Shown here one piece after another: positions 18,033-27,583 of a stretch of DNA of 64,000 nucleotides. The stretch lies in the NCBI GenBank assembly GCA_018670825.1, contig JABHIW010000149.1, forward strand, positions 3,894-67,893. The letters run 5' to 3'. Every line of letters starts with the position of its first letter. The first letter of the stretch is position 1. The notes under the pieces were generated by a model. It was not told the origin of the DNA. It ran no database searches and saw only the letters and a list, made by a program, of their open reading frames with translations. Made by a program: the position numbers and the translations under genes. The stretch is from Candidatus Scalindua sp. (GTDB lineage Bacteria; Planctomycetota; Brocadiia; Brocadiales; Scalinduaceae).

Positions 18033-18230
18033 AAGAGAGGGGTTGTATTGCAAGACAAAAGACACTTAAGCCACAGACTTACACAGACTGACTCTGAAGT
18101 TAAAACAAAGGGAAAAAGAAGAAAAACAGGCTCACCGCTCCCCGGACAAAAAACGCCGAGGACTTTCCCCGGGCAAAAAGCGTCGAGGACAAGAAGGCGC
18201 AGATGCACGCAGAGGAAAGGTAGAGATCAG
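18031..18230. repeat. modular dispersed repeat, instance A
   Basis: Module X aaaagagaggggttgtattgcaagacaaaag. Module Y variants ccccggacaaaaaacgccgaggac and cgtcgaggacaag. Shared with instances B to D. Confidence 0.7.
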
Positions 18231-18276
18231 TTGGTAATCGCAGCAGAGACTGAACAAGTGTATAAGAAACCTTATT

Positions 18277-18984
18277 TCAATTTTTATGTCGTAAGTACCG
18301 CAAGAAATAGATTCCGGATATGATAAGAATTATTACTATCACAAGGACAATGGAAGCATAGGGGCCATATTCGGCAATCTTATCGTGGATTTTTCGAAGC
18401 AGCAGTGCCCAGCAGGCTACTGCCAGGCAAGTGCTTGATAACACTATAGTCAGGTTTTTCCAGGGACTAAGCCCCAAAAGATATCCTACCGCGCAGCCAA
18501 CCATTGGTCCGGTCATCCAGAAAGGAATCCACACGAACATAAAGAGCCCGATCAGTCCATATTTACGGATGGTATCCTGGTGGGCTTCCGCCGCGATACT
18601 TGTGCGTTCCATGATTCTTCTGAGCGGCTTGATTACCAGAATACTGTTCCAGCTGAATGCAAAAAGCGGATAAAAGATAAGTACTAAAATGGTTTCGATA
18701 ATTATATTTGTGCATATAACCAATACATTGGATAACCCAAAAGAGTAACCGAATGAAATTCCGGCTGCCCTGCCGAACAGGATATTTGTTGCACTCATCC
18801 CTATAAAGACATGGGCTTTCTCCTGGTAATAGATATAGCCCAGCCCCAGCACAGTAATAAAGAACAGGGCCATTATCAACCCTATCTCAAGAATGTGGCC
18901 TTCCGGTGTCGCGAGTAATTTTTTCCAAATGTGCTTTCCTTCACATGAGGTGATGCTCTCCAGCTCCTTCTTGCCTTTTGCCAT
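18277..18984 (-). CDS. polytopic membrane protein, possibly small multidrug export (COG2426-like) family
   Basis: 235 aa with 6-7 hydrophobic helices. IPFWMTGPMVGCAVGYLLGL resembles the Sm_multidrug_ex motif. Assignment is tentative. Confidence 0.4.
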   Translation of the reverse strand: MAKGKKELESITSCEGKHIWKKLLATPEGHILEIGLIMALFFITVLGLGYIYYQEKAHVFIGMSATNILFGRAAGISFGYSFGLSNVLVICTNIIIETILVLIFYPLFAFSWNSILVIKPLRRIMERTSIAAEAHQDTIRKYGLIGLFMFVWIPFWMTGPMVGCAVGYLLGLSPWKNLTIVLSSTCLAVACWALLLRKIHDKIAEYGPYASIVLVIVIILIISGIYFLRYLRHKN

Positions 18985-19095
18985 AATTAAATACTCTATG
19001 ATGATGTAAGGGGACTGTTCTCGTGCTTATCATTTGTGCCTTATCAAATTATGTTAATAACATATTGAATCTATGAAAAGCAAATCTTAACGCGA

Positions 19096-19224
19096 AGAGC
19101 GCAGAGGAAAGCAAAATGAAAGATTATTCACCGCAGAGGCGCAGAGAGCGCAAAGAAAAACAATAATTTAGGGAAAAAGATGGAAGATACGAATTTCCTC
19201 GGACAAAAGACGCCGAGGACAAGG
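19096..19224. repeat. modular dispersed repeat, instance B
   Basis: attattcaccgcagaggcgcagagagcgcaaagaaaaacaataatttagggaaaaagatggaagatacgaatttcctcggacaaaagacgccgaggacaagg. About 90 percent identical by eye to 21273-21374. Confidence 0.8.
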
Positions 19225-19298
19225 ATAGATACAGAAGTAAAAGCCGAGAAGCAAGATGCCAGAATTATGATTGTGGGATTTAGGTATTGAAGAATTGT

Positions 19299-20285
19299 TT
19301 ATACAAGCAGATTTAAAATAATCTTAATCATCATTTCTTTTTCCCTTGGCTTGCTTACTGCAATCATCAACGTCAGTGCAACAAGGGCGTTGTTATCAAT
19401 ACGTTGTGATCTATCCTTCCTGTATAATATGCCGTTTCTATCTAGAAAACATATAAACAAGGCTGCGGCGATTCGTTTATTGCCATCCACAAAACTGTGA
19501 TTCTTTGTAACAAAATATAACAAATGTGCAGCTTTTTCTTCAACTGTGGGATAAACATCCAGGCCGTCAAACGTTTGATAAATTGCACCCAGTGAACCTT
19601 GAAAACTCTTGTCCTTTTCTCTTCCAACAAGTGCGGAGCTCTTGAACTTTTCCCTCAACGCATCAATTATTTTACGGGCCTTTTCATATGTTAACTTGAA
19701 TTTTGAACGTTTTATACCTTTTGGTACGGAAAGCCGTTCATGGTCATAGTCATCCAGGACATCAAGTGCACGGCTGTACTGCGTGATAACTTCAATCAGG
19801 CCCTTTGCTTCGTCTGATACGCCATCAATGTGTACCACATTACTGAGAAGTTTTAAAGACTGCTTAAGCTGTTGATACTTGTGTTCAGAGGCTATTAAGC
19901 GCTTTTCATTAATCGTGTAACCGTCCACGAGGTGCTTTTTGAGCACGTTCGTCGCCCAAATCCTGAACTGCGTACCCCGTTTAGAATTAACCCGGTAACC
20001 AACAGAAATAATTGCATCCAGATTAAAATATTCTACCTGATATATTTTGCCATCCGCGGCAGTTGTTGCAGTTTTTGCAACAACTGAATTGCGGATTAAC
20101 TCTTTTCCGTTAAATATGTTACGCAAATGACGCGAAATAGCAGATTTGTCTCTTTCAAAAAGATCGGCCATCTGATTAAGGCTCAACCAGACGGTATCTT
20201 TTTCCAAAAGGACTTCTACCCGATTCCTGTAAACAAGCACCTTCCCCTTTGCCGGTGCTTTGTTCTCTTTCTTCTTGCCCGTCAT
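19299..20285 (-). CDS. RhuM-like N-terminal domain fused to a Fic/DOC domain protein
   Basis: N-terminus ...VWLSLNQMADLF...YFNLDAIISVGYRVNSKRGTQFRIWAT (RhuM family). C-terminal HSFVDGNKRIAAA (Fic/DOC HxFxDGNKR). ATG at 20285 preferred over the track start 20315. Confidence 0.8.
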   Translation of the reverse strand: MTGKKKENKAPAKGKVLVYRNRVEVLLEKDTVWLSLNQMADLFERDKSAISRHLRNIFNGKELIRNSVVAKTATTAADGKIYQVEYFNLDAIISVGYRVNSKRGTQFRIWATNVLKKHLVDGYTINEKRLIASEHKYQQLKQSLKLLSNVVHIDGVSDEAKGLIEVITQYSRALDVLDDYDHERLSVPKGIKRSKFKLTYEKARKIIDALREKFKSSALVGREKDKSFQGSLGAIYQTFDGLDVYPTVEEKAAHLLYFVTKNHSFVDGNKRIAAALFICFLDRNGILYRKDRSQRIDNNALVALTLMIAVSKPREKEMMIKIILNLLV

Positions 20286-20454
20286 ACAGCAATGTCTCCA
20301 ACTCATTAAAAACAATAATTAAATAATCAGGAACCACTCGCGAAAATAAATGCATGTGAAATCTTACTTGCGTAAACAAGTAAATTCAGTTTTTTGAGGA
20401 TATTTAAAATGTGTTAAAAATGATTTGTATCTGGTTTTTGCTGATGGTTATTAT

Positions 20455-20570
20455 AAAAGGGAGGGGTTGTTTTACAATATAAAAAATTATTCACCGCAGA
20501 GGCGCTCCCCGGACAAAAGGCGCCGAGGACAAGGAGATCGCAGAGGAAAGCAAAATGAAAGATAGAAATT
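20455..20570. repeat. modular dispersed repeat, instance C (internally deleted)
   Basis: ataaaagggaggggttgttttacaa, then attattcaccgcagaggcgc joined directly to tccccggacaaaaggcgccgaggacaagg, then cgcagaggaaagcaaaatgaaagat. Confidence 0.7.
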
Positions 20571-20659
20571 AACCACGGAAAACTACGGATTAACACTGAA
20601 GATAGAGGAGAGAAGTAAGATATTAGATGCTGGAAAGAGGATAGTATGTTATTGGTTAG

Positions 20660-20932
20660 TTAAGGGAAGATTCTATAAATATCTTTACGATGTGCTATTC
20701 GCTGGCAGATTAACAATTTTTGAGTCTTATCCATTGTAATGCCTATTCGATATCTTCCGATTCTGATTTTGTATTTGTCCGGATATCCTGTCATATGCTC
20801 AAGATATCCGAGTTCGAAGGGATCAGTTGACAATAGCTCATCAAAAACTATTTTTTCGGTGTGAGTTTGAACATCTTTGGGTAGTTTGGAGAGCTCTTTA
20901 AGGAATCGTTTGGTATACTCAACTTTCCACAT
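20660..20932 (-). CDS. RelE/ParE-family type II toxin
   Basis: 90 aa. MWKVEYTKRFLKELSKLPKDVQ...YKIRIGRYRIGITMD...LLICQRIAHRKDIYR is the classic RelE/YoeB-like pattern. Confidence 0.8.
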   Translation of the reverse strand: MWKVEYTKRFLKELSKLPKDVQTHTEKIVFDELLSTDPFELGYLEHMTGYPDKYKIRIGRYRIGITMDKTQKLLICQRIAHRKDIYRIFP

Positions 20933-20933
20933 T

Positions 20934-21128
20934 TTATTTCAAAGATTGATAATATTTCTTTGCATCCTTAACAGAAAGTTGTTCATCATGCGAGACTTCA
21001 TCTATTAATTTTGATAATCCATAATTTTCTATAATTTCTTCTAATTGCTCAAACTCCTTAATTGGAATTTGAACAGCAATTGGTTTCTGGCTTTCGTCCA
21101 ATACGATACTTTTATGGATTTTTAACAT
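20934..21128 (-). CDS. cognate antitoxin (small acidic protein)
   Basis: 64-aa ORF ending 1 nt before the toxin start. ...IPIKEFEQLEEIIENYGL... is typical of RelB/Phd-like partners. Confidence 0.6.
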   Translation of the reverse strand: MLKIHKSIVLDESQKPIAVQIPIKEFEQLEEIIENYGLSKLIDEVSHDEQLSVKDAKKYYQSLK

Positions 21129-21190
21129 TTTTAAACTCCTTATTACTGAGTATCTATGTCTTGTATATTCAACTAAATTTAGTTGGTATT

Positions 21191-21405
21191 ATAAAAGAGC
21201 GGGGTTGTTTTGCAAGGCAAAAGGCATTAGACGCGAATTTCACAGATTAACACTAAAAGAAAAAACAAGTAGATTATTCACCGCAGAGACACAGAGGGCG
21301 CAAAGAAAAACAATAATTTAGGGAAAAAGATGAAAGATACGAATTTCCCCGAACAAAAAGCGTCGAGGACAAGGCGCTAATGGAAAAACAGATAGATTAT
21401 TCATC
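21191..21405. repeat. modular dispersed repeat, instance D
   Basis: Module X ataaaagagcggggttgttttgcaaggcaaaag. Full module Y at 21273-21374. Partial restart agattattcatcg at 21393. Confidence 0.8.
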
Positions 21406-21554
21406 GTGCCCTGGGACGGGGCGGGTAAGGAGTCACAAAAATTACAGAGGGAAATGAGGTGATAATAAACAGCCGATAAGAAGCAAATGATCCCGGTGTT
21501 CTTAGATAAAACATGAACTTATAGCATTTTGTTTGTAAACGGCGGCAGTGGAAT

Positions 21555-22055
21555 TTAGTGGTCTTTTCGAGGGTCTATACCGCTTCTTCTGTCCAGCTTG
21601 CTTCTGCGCTCCTCGCCCTCACCCTGCTCCGTCTCTTCCTGGTTCACCGTTTCTTTCATAATTCCATTTTTTTTGAAACAGTCGACATACTTTTTATCAG
21701 TTTCCAAGACATGGTTAATTAGCCACTTACTTAAATAGTTCAGTATTTCGCTTGCAATATGATAATCGGCATTAATTATCCCATTTTCATATGCGCTTAT
21801 TTTAGTGACAAAATCGAGATGTTGTTCTTTGTGGTATTGATATTCCACATAATTAAACTTTACCATATAAAGCTCTTCTCTTGCGAAATGAGTTTGTACA
21901 TATTTTTTCATTTCGCTTAGTACTTCCATGAGCTCTTCTATGTCGTCATTGTGTTCCTTTGAAAGAATAGCTTTGTTGATAATACCAATTAATCTCTTAT
22001 GATCTTCGTCGATTATTGGTATGCCCAGGCTATATTTCTCGTCCCATTCAATCAT
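21555..22055 (-). CDS. hemerythrin-like (bacteriohemerythrin) protein with a charged C-terminal tail
   Basis: MIEWDEKYSLGIPIIDEDHKRLIGIIN...HFAREE...HKEQHLDF...H ligand pattern. Confidence 0.85.
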   Translation of the reverse strand: MIEWDEKYSLGIPIIDEDHKRLIGIINKAILSKEHNDDIEELMEVLSEMKKYVQTHFAREELYMVKFNYVEYQYHKEQHLDFVTKISAYENGIINADYHIASEILNYLSKWLINHVLETDKKYVDCFKKNGIMKETVNQEETEQGEGEERRSKLDRRSGIDPRKDH

Positions 22056-22159
22056 AAAGTGAATTGTAAAACTATAATGCTATTTACGTCAAGATTAAAA
22101 AATAGAGTAAGATAGTGGTAGGGGAAAGTGATTTGTCGCTACTTCTTGTATCCTGTTCT

Positions 22160-22930
22160 TCATTTAAGCGGTGATAGTTGTGATGATCCAGGCGCTCTTG
22201 CGGCTAGAAGCGTGCCTCCAACGACTGCTAATGGCAGTACAAAGCTTGATAAAAACGGAATTGCAAAAAGAAAGATAAATATTGCTCCGAAACCGGTACA
22301 GGCATAAATATGATGCCACAGGAATTTGGCCCCCTGCCTGAGGCCTATACTCCTCCTGGTTTGTGGATAACTGATATATTGGAATGTGACAAGCAGAAAA
22401 GCGAGTATAAACGCAAATATGTTTACAATCGGTACCCAACAAAATATTATAGCAAAGACAGCAGCAGTGAATGCGATTGCTGTCTTAAACAGATCGATCC
22501 CGATAAGTTTAATATGCGCTTTCAGCGTTTTTTTTGTAACCGGTGGCAATGGTATTTCAGTAACCCTTTCGGCCCTCTCTGCCAGTGTATCATTAAATGG
22601 GGAAGCTACGATACTGCTGGTAAAGATAAATGTCAAAGCCGCAACCATCCACAATGCCATTTTGCCAGACAACATAAAGAACCTGCCTATCAGGCTGGCA
22701 GGTTCGAAACCAAGGCTGGTAATGTACTCCCGAAGATGTGAAATTGCCCAATCCTGTAACTGGCTTATTCCGTAGATAAAAAGTATAAACGTCAAAGCCA
22801 GTGGAAGTGCACTCCAGAAAAGAAGAGATTTATTGGTAAATATCAACTTGAGTGCCTGGTATGGAAGAGTAAGCCCGAACCACAGGGATCGGGTCCTGGG
22901 AAAAAGTATTCTTGGTGGAATGGTATCCAT
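22160..22930 (-). CDS. polytopic membrane protein, possibly EI24/CysZ-like
   Basis: Hydrophobic profile and an N-terminal LPYQALKLIFTNKSLLFWSALPLALT segment. Internal ATG 22930 preferred over the track start 22993. Family call is tentative. Confidence 0.35.
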   Translation of the reverse strand: MDTIPPRILFPRTRSLWFGLTLPYQALKLIFTNKSLLFWSALPLALTFILFIYGISQLQDWAISHLREYITSLGFEPASLIGRFFMLSGKMALWMVAALTFIFTSSIVASPFNDTLAERAERVTEIPLPPVTKKTLKAHIKLIGIDLFKTAIAFTAAVFAIIFCWVPIVNIFAFILAFLLVTFQYISYPQTRRSIGLRQGAKFLWHHIYACTGFGAIFIFLFAIPFLSSFVLPLAVVGGTLLAARAPGSSQLSPLK

Positions 22931-23160
22931 TTCTATTTTTAATAATAACGGTATTGTGTTGATGATAATGAAGCAATACGGACAGTTTTCCATTTTACAA
23001 TCTTTGGGTATTCATATCTACTGTTAATAGCCATCATGTCATTGGCAAATCAGGAAAGTTCGTTTTGGCCGTGGAAATAAAGAAAAAATGGATAGTCCGG
23101 GGTGGCAATTTTAATGGTTTGCACTTGCTTAGACCTACTCCTTCTGGCTATAATTCTGCC

Positions 23161-23916
23161 ATGATTAAATGTTTAACCCTTACTCTCTGTGTCTGTCTCC
23201 TTCTTGCGGGATGTATAACTTCACCGTCTTCATCAAGAAATCATCATGAACGGGTTTCCCGGGAAATAGCTGAAATACTTGCTAAGGCGGAACAGGACGA
23301 TTCTATTGGGGATAACATCAAGATAACGGTGAATCTGTTGACTACAAGTGTGACAGACTATTTTGCTATCAATGCCCTGACGCAAAGAGTATACGGAGAT
23401 GTTACTATTACAAACCGCCCTGAAATCTTCACTGAATCTGGCTTGCAGATAGGCGTGGCCGGAGAAAACTTTCGCGCTCAGCTTGATATTGCAAAACGAA
23501 AACTCAAGTCGTCTCAAGATTCAGAGATTTTTCTGGTACTGGCTGATGGTGCGTCCGGCTCTATTAACATTGGGAAAGAGATTGCCGTGCCTCGGTTTTT
23601 CTACTTTGGCAGGTGGTACAATGGTATAGATTACGAATTTAGAAGGGCGGGCAGGTCTCTGGAAATCACTGCTCGAAAGCTTCCATCCGGTTTGATAGAA
23701 ATGGAGCTGACTCCCGTCTTCTCCCGGTTTCTAAATGATGGTGGCGATCTTGAAATGACTGAGCTTTCAACGACAGTAACAGCACGTCCGGACCAGACAC
23801 TTGTAATAGGCGGTGACACGTCTTCAGGCGAGAATGTCGCCAGCGCTATGCTGGGTTACCGTAAGATGGGAGAGATGAGAGAAACTCTGATTACTGTCAC
23901 ACCTCACATAAAGTAA
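23161..23916 (+). CDS. lipoprotein with a secretin-like C-terminal segment
   Basis: ATG 23161 gives MIKCLTLTLCVCLLLAGC (lipobox LAGC). C-terminal ...TTVTARPDQTLVIGGDTS... resembles a secretin-domain strand pattern. The track ORF start 23065 was rejected. Confidence 0.55.
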   Translation: MIKCLTLTLCVCLLLAGCITSPSSSRNHHERVSREIAEILAKAEQDDSIGDNIKITVNLLTTSVTDYFAINALTQRVYGDVTITNRPEIFTESGLQIGVAGENFRAQLDIAKRKLKSSQDSEIFLVLADGASGSINIGKEIAVPRFFYFGRWYNGIDYEFRRAGRSLEITARKLPSGLIEMELTPVFSRFLNDGGDLEMTELSTTVTARPDQTLVIGGDTSSGENVASAMLGYRKMGEMRETLITVTPHIK

Positions 23917-23984
23917 TGCTAGAGCTGTTTTTGAATCGACATGCCTGAGAACACGCGGGATAGTATTTCAAAATCGGAGTTTGC

Positions 23985-24022
23985 TTTAGGCACTTTAGTT
24001 CACTTAAGGCACTTCAAACTTG
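23985..24022. repeat. copy of the right arm of the 8637-8748 inverted repeat
   Basis: tttaggcactttagttcacttaaggcacttcaaacttg versus tttagacactttagttcacttaaggcacttttaacttt at 8711-8748. Confidence 0.65.
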
Positions 24023-24600
24023 ATGTCAATATGCTCCAGTGGATTACAAAGAGTGACAAGGTGGGAATTCCAAATTGTATCCCAATTGAGTTTCTTGCAG
24101 GGAAGTGATTTGTGGATCCATGCCATGGTAATATGGATATGCGGGAAGATTTTACTGTTCTCTGATAAGGCAGCAACTTCTGCAATAATATCCCCTTCAC
24201 GTACTCTCTTTTCCGTATTATCGCAATTCCGTGGAGTGGTATGCCCATATATAGTATGAAGCGTATTCCCGTCTTTGTCGTTGGTGCTATGTTTTACATA
24301 TATTGATTTTCCCAGAAAATCATCGTGGATGTGAACTATATCTCCGGTATACATTACCGGTATTTTTGTTCCATTATCAATACGTCTGACCTGCCCTCTG
24401 TTATCTCTGTAAAAGCAGAGATCTATCCCCTCATGAGGTGTGGGCCGGAGACCTTTATCTGCCCACCATGCCTCCGTATCATGAAATAACATTCCTGGGT
24501 AAAAGATCCACTCCTTGAATCCGTGTGTATGAAAATCATTATGCTTTGCAAAAAACGTGTTGAATGTTGATTCAGGTATCGTGCTTTCTTCGTGTTTCAT
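24004..24600 (-). CDS. M23-family metallopeptidase-like protein
   Basis: HEGIDL (HxxxD) and PHIHIT (HxH) motifs at the expected spacing. Confidence 0.65.
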   Translation of the reverse strand: MKHEESTIPESTFNTFFAKHNDFHTHGFKEWIFYPGMLFHDTEAWWADKGLRPTPHEGIDLCFYRDNRGQVRRIDNGTKIPVMYTGDIVHIHDDFLGKSIYVKHSTNDKDGNTLHTIYGHTTPRNCDNTEKRVREGDIIAEVAALSENSKIFPHIHITMAWIHKSLPCKKLNWDTIWNSHLVTLCNPLEHIDIKFEVP

Positions 24601-24669
24601 AGAAATTAACTACAAAGGGAGTTTTGCAAAATTCGGTTGGCAATAGGCAACAAAACAAGAATAGCTTGT

Positions 24670-25236
24670 TTAAAAGAAAGGATTGCTGGTTTTCTCGATT
24701 CCCACCGTAGTCATTGGGCCATGGGCAGGGAATACCAGGGTCTCATCCGGCAGGGTAAAGATGTATTTGTGGATATGCTCGATCTGGCATTGTGCAGCTT
24801 TTGAAGAGATTGTTCCTCCGATCGAACCGCACATAAGAGCGTCGCCCGTAAACACACAGCCGTGTCCATAAAACGACATTCCGTGTGGGGTATGGCCCTG
24901 TATAGAAATAGCCTGGAATTTTAAGTTTCCGACCTCGATCATTTCACCTCCCTGTAACTGGTGTTCTGCATCCTGGACTTCTCCCTGTCCGGCATAGCTC
25001 TCGGTTTTATAACGGCTGTTGAAATCAGGCAGGCCTTCAGTATGGTCCCAGTGGCCGTGTGTAAAAAAGAGAGAATTGAGCTGTATCTTTTGCTCTTGAA
25101 TAAAGTCATCTATCTCGGTACTGAAACCGCCCGGGTCAATAAACGCTCCGATTCGTGTCTCCGGGTCTGCTACCAGGAATCCATTGATTCCATAGCCTCC
25201 CACGGTAAAACGCTTGAATATGAAGTTGGTCATCAT
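24670..25236 (-). CDS. MBL-fold metallo-hydrolase
   Basis: THGHWDHTEG (HxHxDH) plus downstream His and Asp ligands. Confidence 0.85.
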   Translation of the reverse strand: MMTNFIFKRFTVGGYGINGFLVADPETRIGAFIDPGGFSTEIDDFIQEQKIQLNSLFFTHGHWDHTEGLPDFNSRYKTESYAGQGEVQDAEHQLQGGEMIEVGNLKFQAISIQGHTPHGMSFYGHGCVFTGDALMCGSIGGTISSKAAQCQIEHIHKYIFTLPDETLVFPAHGPMTTVGIEKTSNPFF

Positions 25237-25285
25237 GATGATAAATTGTTTATATATATAATTTTAAAGTTAATAAAAAATGAGC

Positions 25286-25924
25286 CTAATCATATCTAAC
25301 CTCTTCCAGGTTGGCTGCCTGGTGAATATCGGTTTCAATCCATTCTGTATCAATAAACCGGGCTTTGTGAAATACTGAGTCGGTAAGGTCGCAACTTTCA
25401 AAAGTACAGCGTATAAAAGTTGCCGCCCTGAAAATAGCCTTTTGCAGGCGGCACTTTGTAAATTGAGTATCAATAAAAACAGAGGAGGGAAAGCGTACAA
25501 AGAAGTAGTCTTCATTCTCAAATCGGCAGGCTTGCCACCATGATCCACTAAAGGATATTTCACTGAAACGGGATTCCTTGAACTTGCAGTCGTAGAAGGT
25601 AGATAAACCAAAGGAACTTAGTTTTCCTTCCGATTTTTCAAACCTGCATCCGGAGAAATGGCTCTCAGTAATAAAGGAGTCCTGTATCTGTAAGTTCCCC
25701 CAATTACAGTCCTGGTAATATCCTTTATCGCACAGGGCCTGATCAATTGATACATTTTGAAAGCGGGTATTCTGCGCCCTCAGAAACCGGCAACGAGCAT
25801 CCTGTAGCCTTATTGACTGGACAGTGCTGCCGACCAGGCATTTGCCGGACATATCTTTCTGTTTCAAATCCCTGCCGGGAAGGGTCTCGTGAATGAGGAC
25901 TTTTCTTTTTGGACTTTCCTGCAT
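25286..25924 (-). CDS. pentapeptide-repeat protein
   Basis: Repetitive A(D/N)LxX-type pentads through most of the 212 aa (e.g. CRFEKSEGKLSSFGLSTFYDCKFKESRFSEISFSGS). Confidence 0.7.
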   Translation of the reverse strand: MQESPKRKVLIHETLPGRDLKQKDMSGKCLVGSTVQSIRLQDARCRFLRAQNTRFQNVSIDQALCDKGYYQDCNWGNLQIQDSFITESHFSGCRFEKSEGKLSSFGLSTFYDCKFKESRFSEISFSGSWWQACRFENEDYFFVRFPSSVFIDTQFTKCRLQKAIFRAATFIRCTFESCDLTDSVFHKARFIDTEWIETDIHQAANLEEVRYD

Positions 25925-25944
25925 ATTTTTTTTAACCTCTTGCT

Positions 25945-26778
25945 TTATCCGCTAATAGCTTCTATCAGTTGTATATCGTCGTCTTTGAGTTCAAAGTCCA
26001 TTGCCTGAAGATCTTCCTTCATGTGCTGCTCGCTTGTTGTTCCCGTAAGAGGGGTCATTCCCACTTGCATGGAAAATCGGAATACAACCTGTTCCGGGGT
26101 CCTTCCCAATTCTCCGGCAATTGACTGGACTTCAGGGTTTTGCATAACAAATGGATTTGCGGTTAATAATGAAAACCCTTCATAGACAATCTGGTGTTCC
26201 TTGCAAAATTCCCTGACTTCTCTGTCCCATCCCCGATTCGCAAAGCATCTGTTTTGGACAACCATAGGTTTCACTTCCGCTTTTTCTGTCAAGAGTTTCA
26301 ACTGTATAATGTTCACATTGCTGATGCCAATGAATCTGGCTTTCCCTGTTTTGTAAAACTCTTCAATGGTACGCCATACTTCCCAGTCCTCATTTCCCAG
26401 GCCAGGTTGAGAATAGGGGCCATGCAGGAGATAAGAATCCAGATGATCTGTATGCAGATTTTTCAATGTATTCTCAAAAGACTGTCTCACTTGTGTGGTA
26501 AGGTCCAAAGAGGGATCATAAGGGATCCTGTGATCATGCCCATTAACCGGAGTAAATTTTGACTGGAGAAACAACTCATCACGGCTTATTCCATTTCTGG
26601 CTAATTTCAATAATGCCTCACCCGTCAGGTGTTCCTGATAATGTCTGGGTTGGTTTGCGGTATCGATAGCGGAAAATCCGGCAGAAACTGCCATCTCAAC
26701 CAGATTTGTTGTCGCATCTTCTTTCCAGGCAGTACCATAGATAAATGAAGGAAATGTATTGTTATTTTCAGTAGCCAT
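25945..26778 (-). CDS. aldo/keto reductase
   Basis: YGTAWK..., IDTA..Y, LDSYLLHGP, GISN motifs. Confidence 0.85.
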   Translation of the reverse strand: MATENNNTFPSFIYGTAWKEDATTNLVEMAVSAGFSAIDTANQPRHYQEHLTGEALLKLARNGISRDELFLQSKFTPVNGHDHRIPYDPSLDLTTQVRQSFENTLKNLHTDHLDSYLLHGPYSQPGLGNEDWEVWRTIEEFYKTGKARFIGISNVNIIQLKLLTEKAEVKPMVVQNRCFANRGWDREVREFCKEHQIVYEGFSLLTANPFVMQNPEVQSIAGELGRTPEQVVFRFSMQVGMTPLTGTTSEQHMKEDLQAMDFELKDDDIQLIEAISG

Positions 26779-26959
26779 CCTTTTTTTCTCCCAAATCTTC
26801 CGGTTTTTTATTTCGACAATTACATTTCAAATAGACCAGAACATAATGCTTTATAGTGTCTATTATGTTTTTTTATTTGTTTGCGATCCAGCTACACTAT
26901 CAGTTATATATAATATACAAAACAATTCAAGTAGGGATTTTAGAAAATGGGTTATACAC

Positions 26960-27583
26960 ATGTCAAAGTTTTATCCAATACATTTGGATGTTAAAAGTAA
27001 AAAATGCGTAATTGTCGGTGGTGGGAAGGTGGCATACCGTAAAGCATGTAGATTGAAAGAGTCTGGTGCTGACGTTGTAGTGGTCAGCCCCGAAGTCTGT
27101 TCTGAGATGGTTAATGAAGAGGGGCTTGTTTTAATAAAGAAAGAGTATGAGGAGCGCTTTTTAGATGATGCTTTGCTGGTAATTGCTGCAACGGATAACG
27201 AGGTGGTTAACAAAAAGGTAACGTCGGATGCTGAAAAGAGGAGCATAATGGTAAATGTGGTTGATTATCCTGAACGCTGTTCCTTTATCGTCCCTTCAAC
27301 AATTAACAGGGGAGATCTTTGTATAAGTGTTTCAACCGGAGGCGCAAGTCCTGCTGTTGCGAAAAGAGTTAGAGAAGAGTTAGAGACTGCCTTTGGTAAA
27401 GAGTATGAGGAGTATCTGGATTTGTTGACTAAAATGCGCAGTTTGGCAATGTCCACTGTAGAAGACAGCGTAAAGCGCAGGAAAATACTCCAGCGTCTGG
27501 CGGAAAAAGATATTTTTGATACGGTGAAGGATGAAGGAGTTGAGAGCGCTGAGACGAAAATGAGGGTGATTATTTCCGGGTAA
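26960..27583 (+). CDS. sirC: precorrin-2 dehydrogenase / sirohydrochlorin ferrochelatase (siroheme synthase N-terminal type)
   Basis: MSKFYPIHLDVKSKKCVIVGGGKVAYRKACRLKESGADVVVVSPE is the CysG-N/SirC/Met8 pattern. The 67-codon hydrophobic extension in the track ORF (from 26759) was rejected. Confidence 0.8.
   Translation: MSKFYPIHLDVKSKKCVIVGGGKVAYRKACRLKESGADVVVVSPEVCSEMVNEEGLVLIKKEYEERFLDDALLVIAATDNEVVNKKVTSDAEKRSIMVNVVDYPERCSFIVPSTINRGDLCISVSTGGASPAVAKRVREELETAFGKEYEEYLDLLTKMRSLAMSTVEDSVKRRKILQRLAEKDIFDTVKDEGVESAETKMRVIISG

Noticed and set aside
18048-18323. 91-aa Arg/Lys-rich ORF (…KRRKTGSPLPGQKTPRTFPGQKASRTRRRRCTQRKG…)
   Set aside because: It is simply the translation of the modular repeat (instance A). 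The same DNA recurs non-coding at three other sites in varying frames.
18031-21405. CRISPR array or integron cassette array
   Set aside because: The repeats are long, mosaic and irregularly spaced, and the units between them are whole genes, so this is not CRISPR. I could find no attC-like R''/R' cores (RYYYAAC/GTTRRRY), and no intI is present in the window. The integron idea is therefore unsupported here.
17025-22715. tRNA-like T-arm strings (ggttcgaa at about 17031 and about 22701)
   Set aside because: Both lie inside well-supported CDSs and lack flanking acceptor or anticodon stems. No tRNA, rRNA or tmRNA was recognised anywhere in the window.
26759-26959. Long N-terminal extension of the sirC ORF, and the similar extensions of the 23065 and 22993 ORFs
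   Set aside because: The extension overlaps the divergent AKR gene start and is hydrophobic nonsense. The family-typical N-terminus (MSKFYPIHLDV...VIVGGG) begins at ATG 26960. By the same logic I chose the lipobox start at 23161 and ATG 22930.
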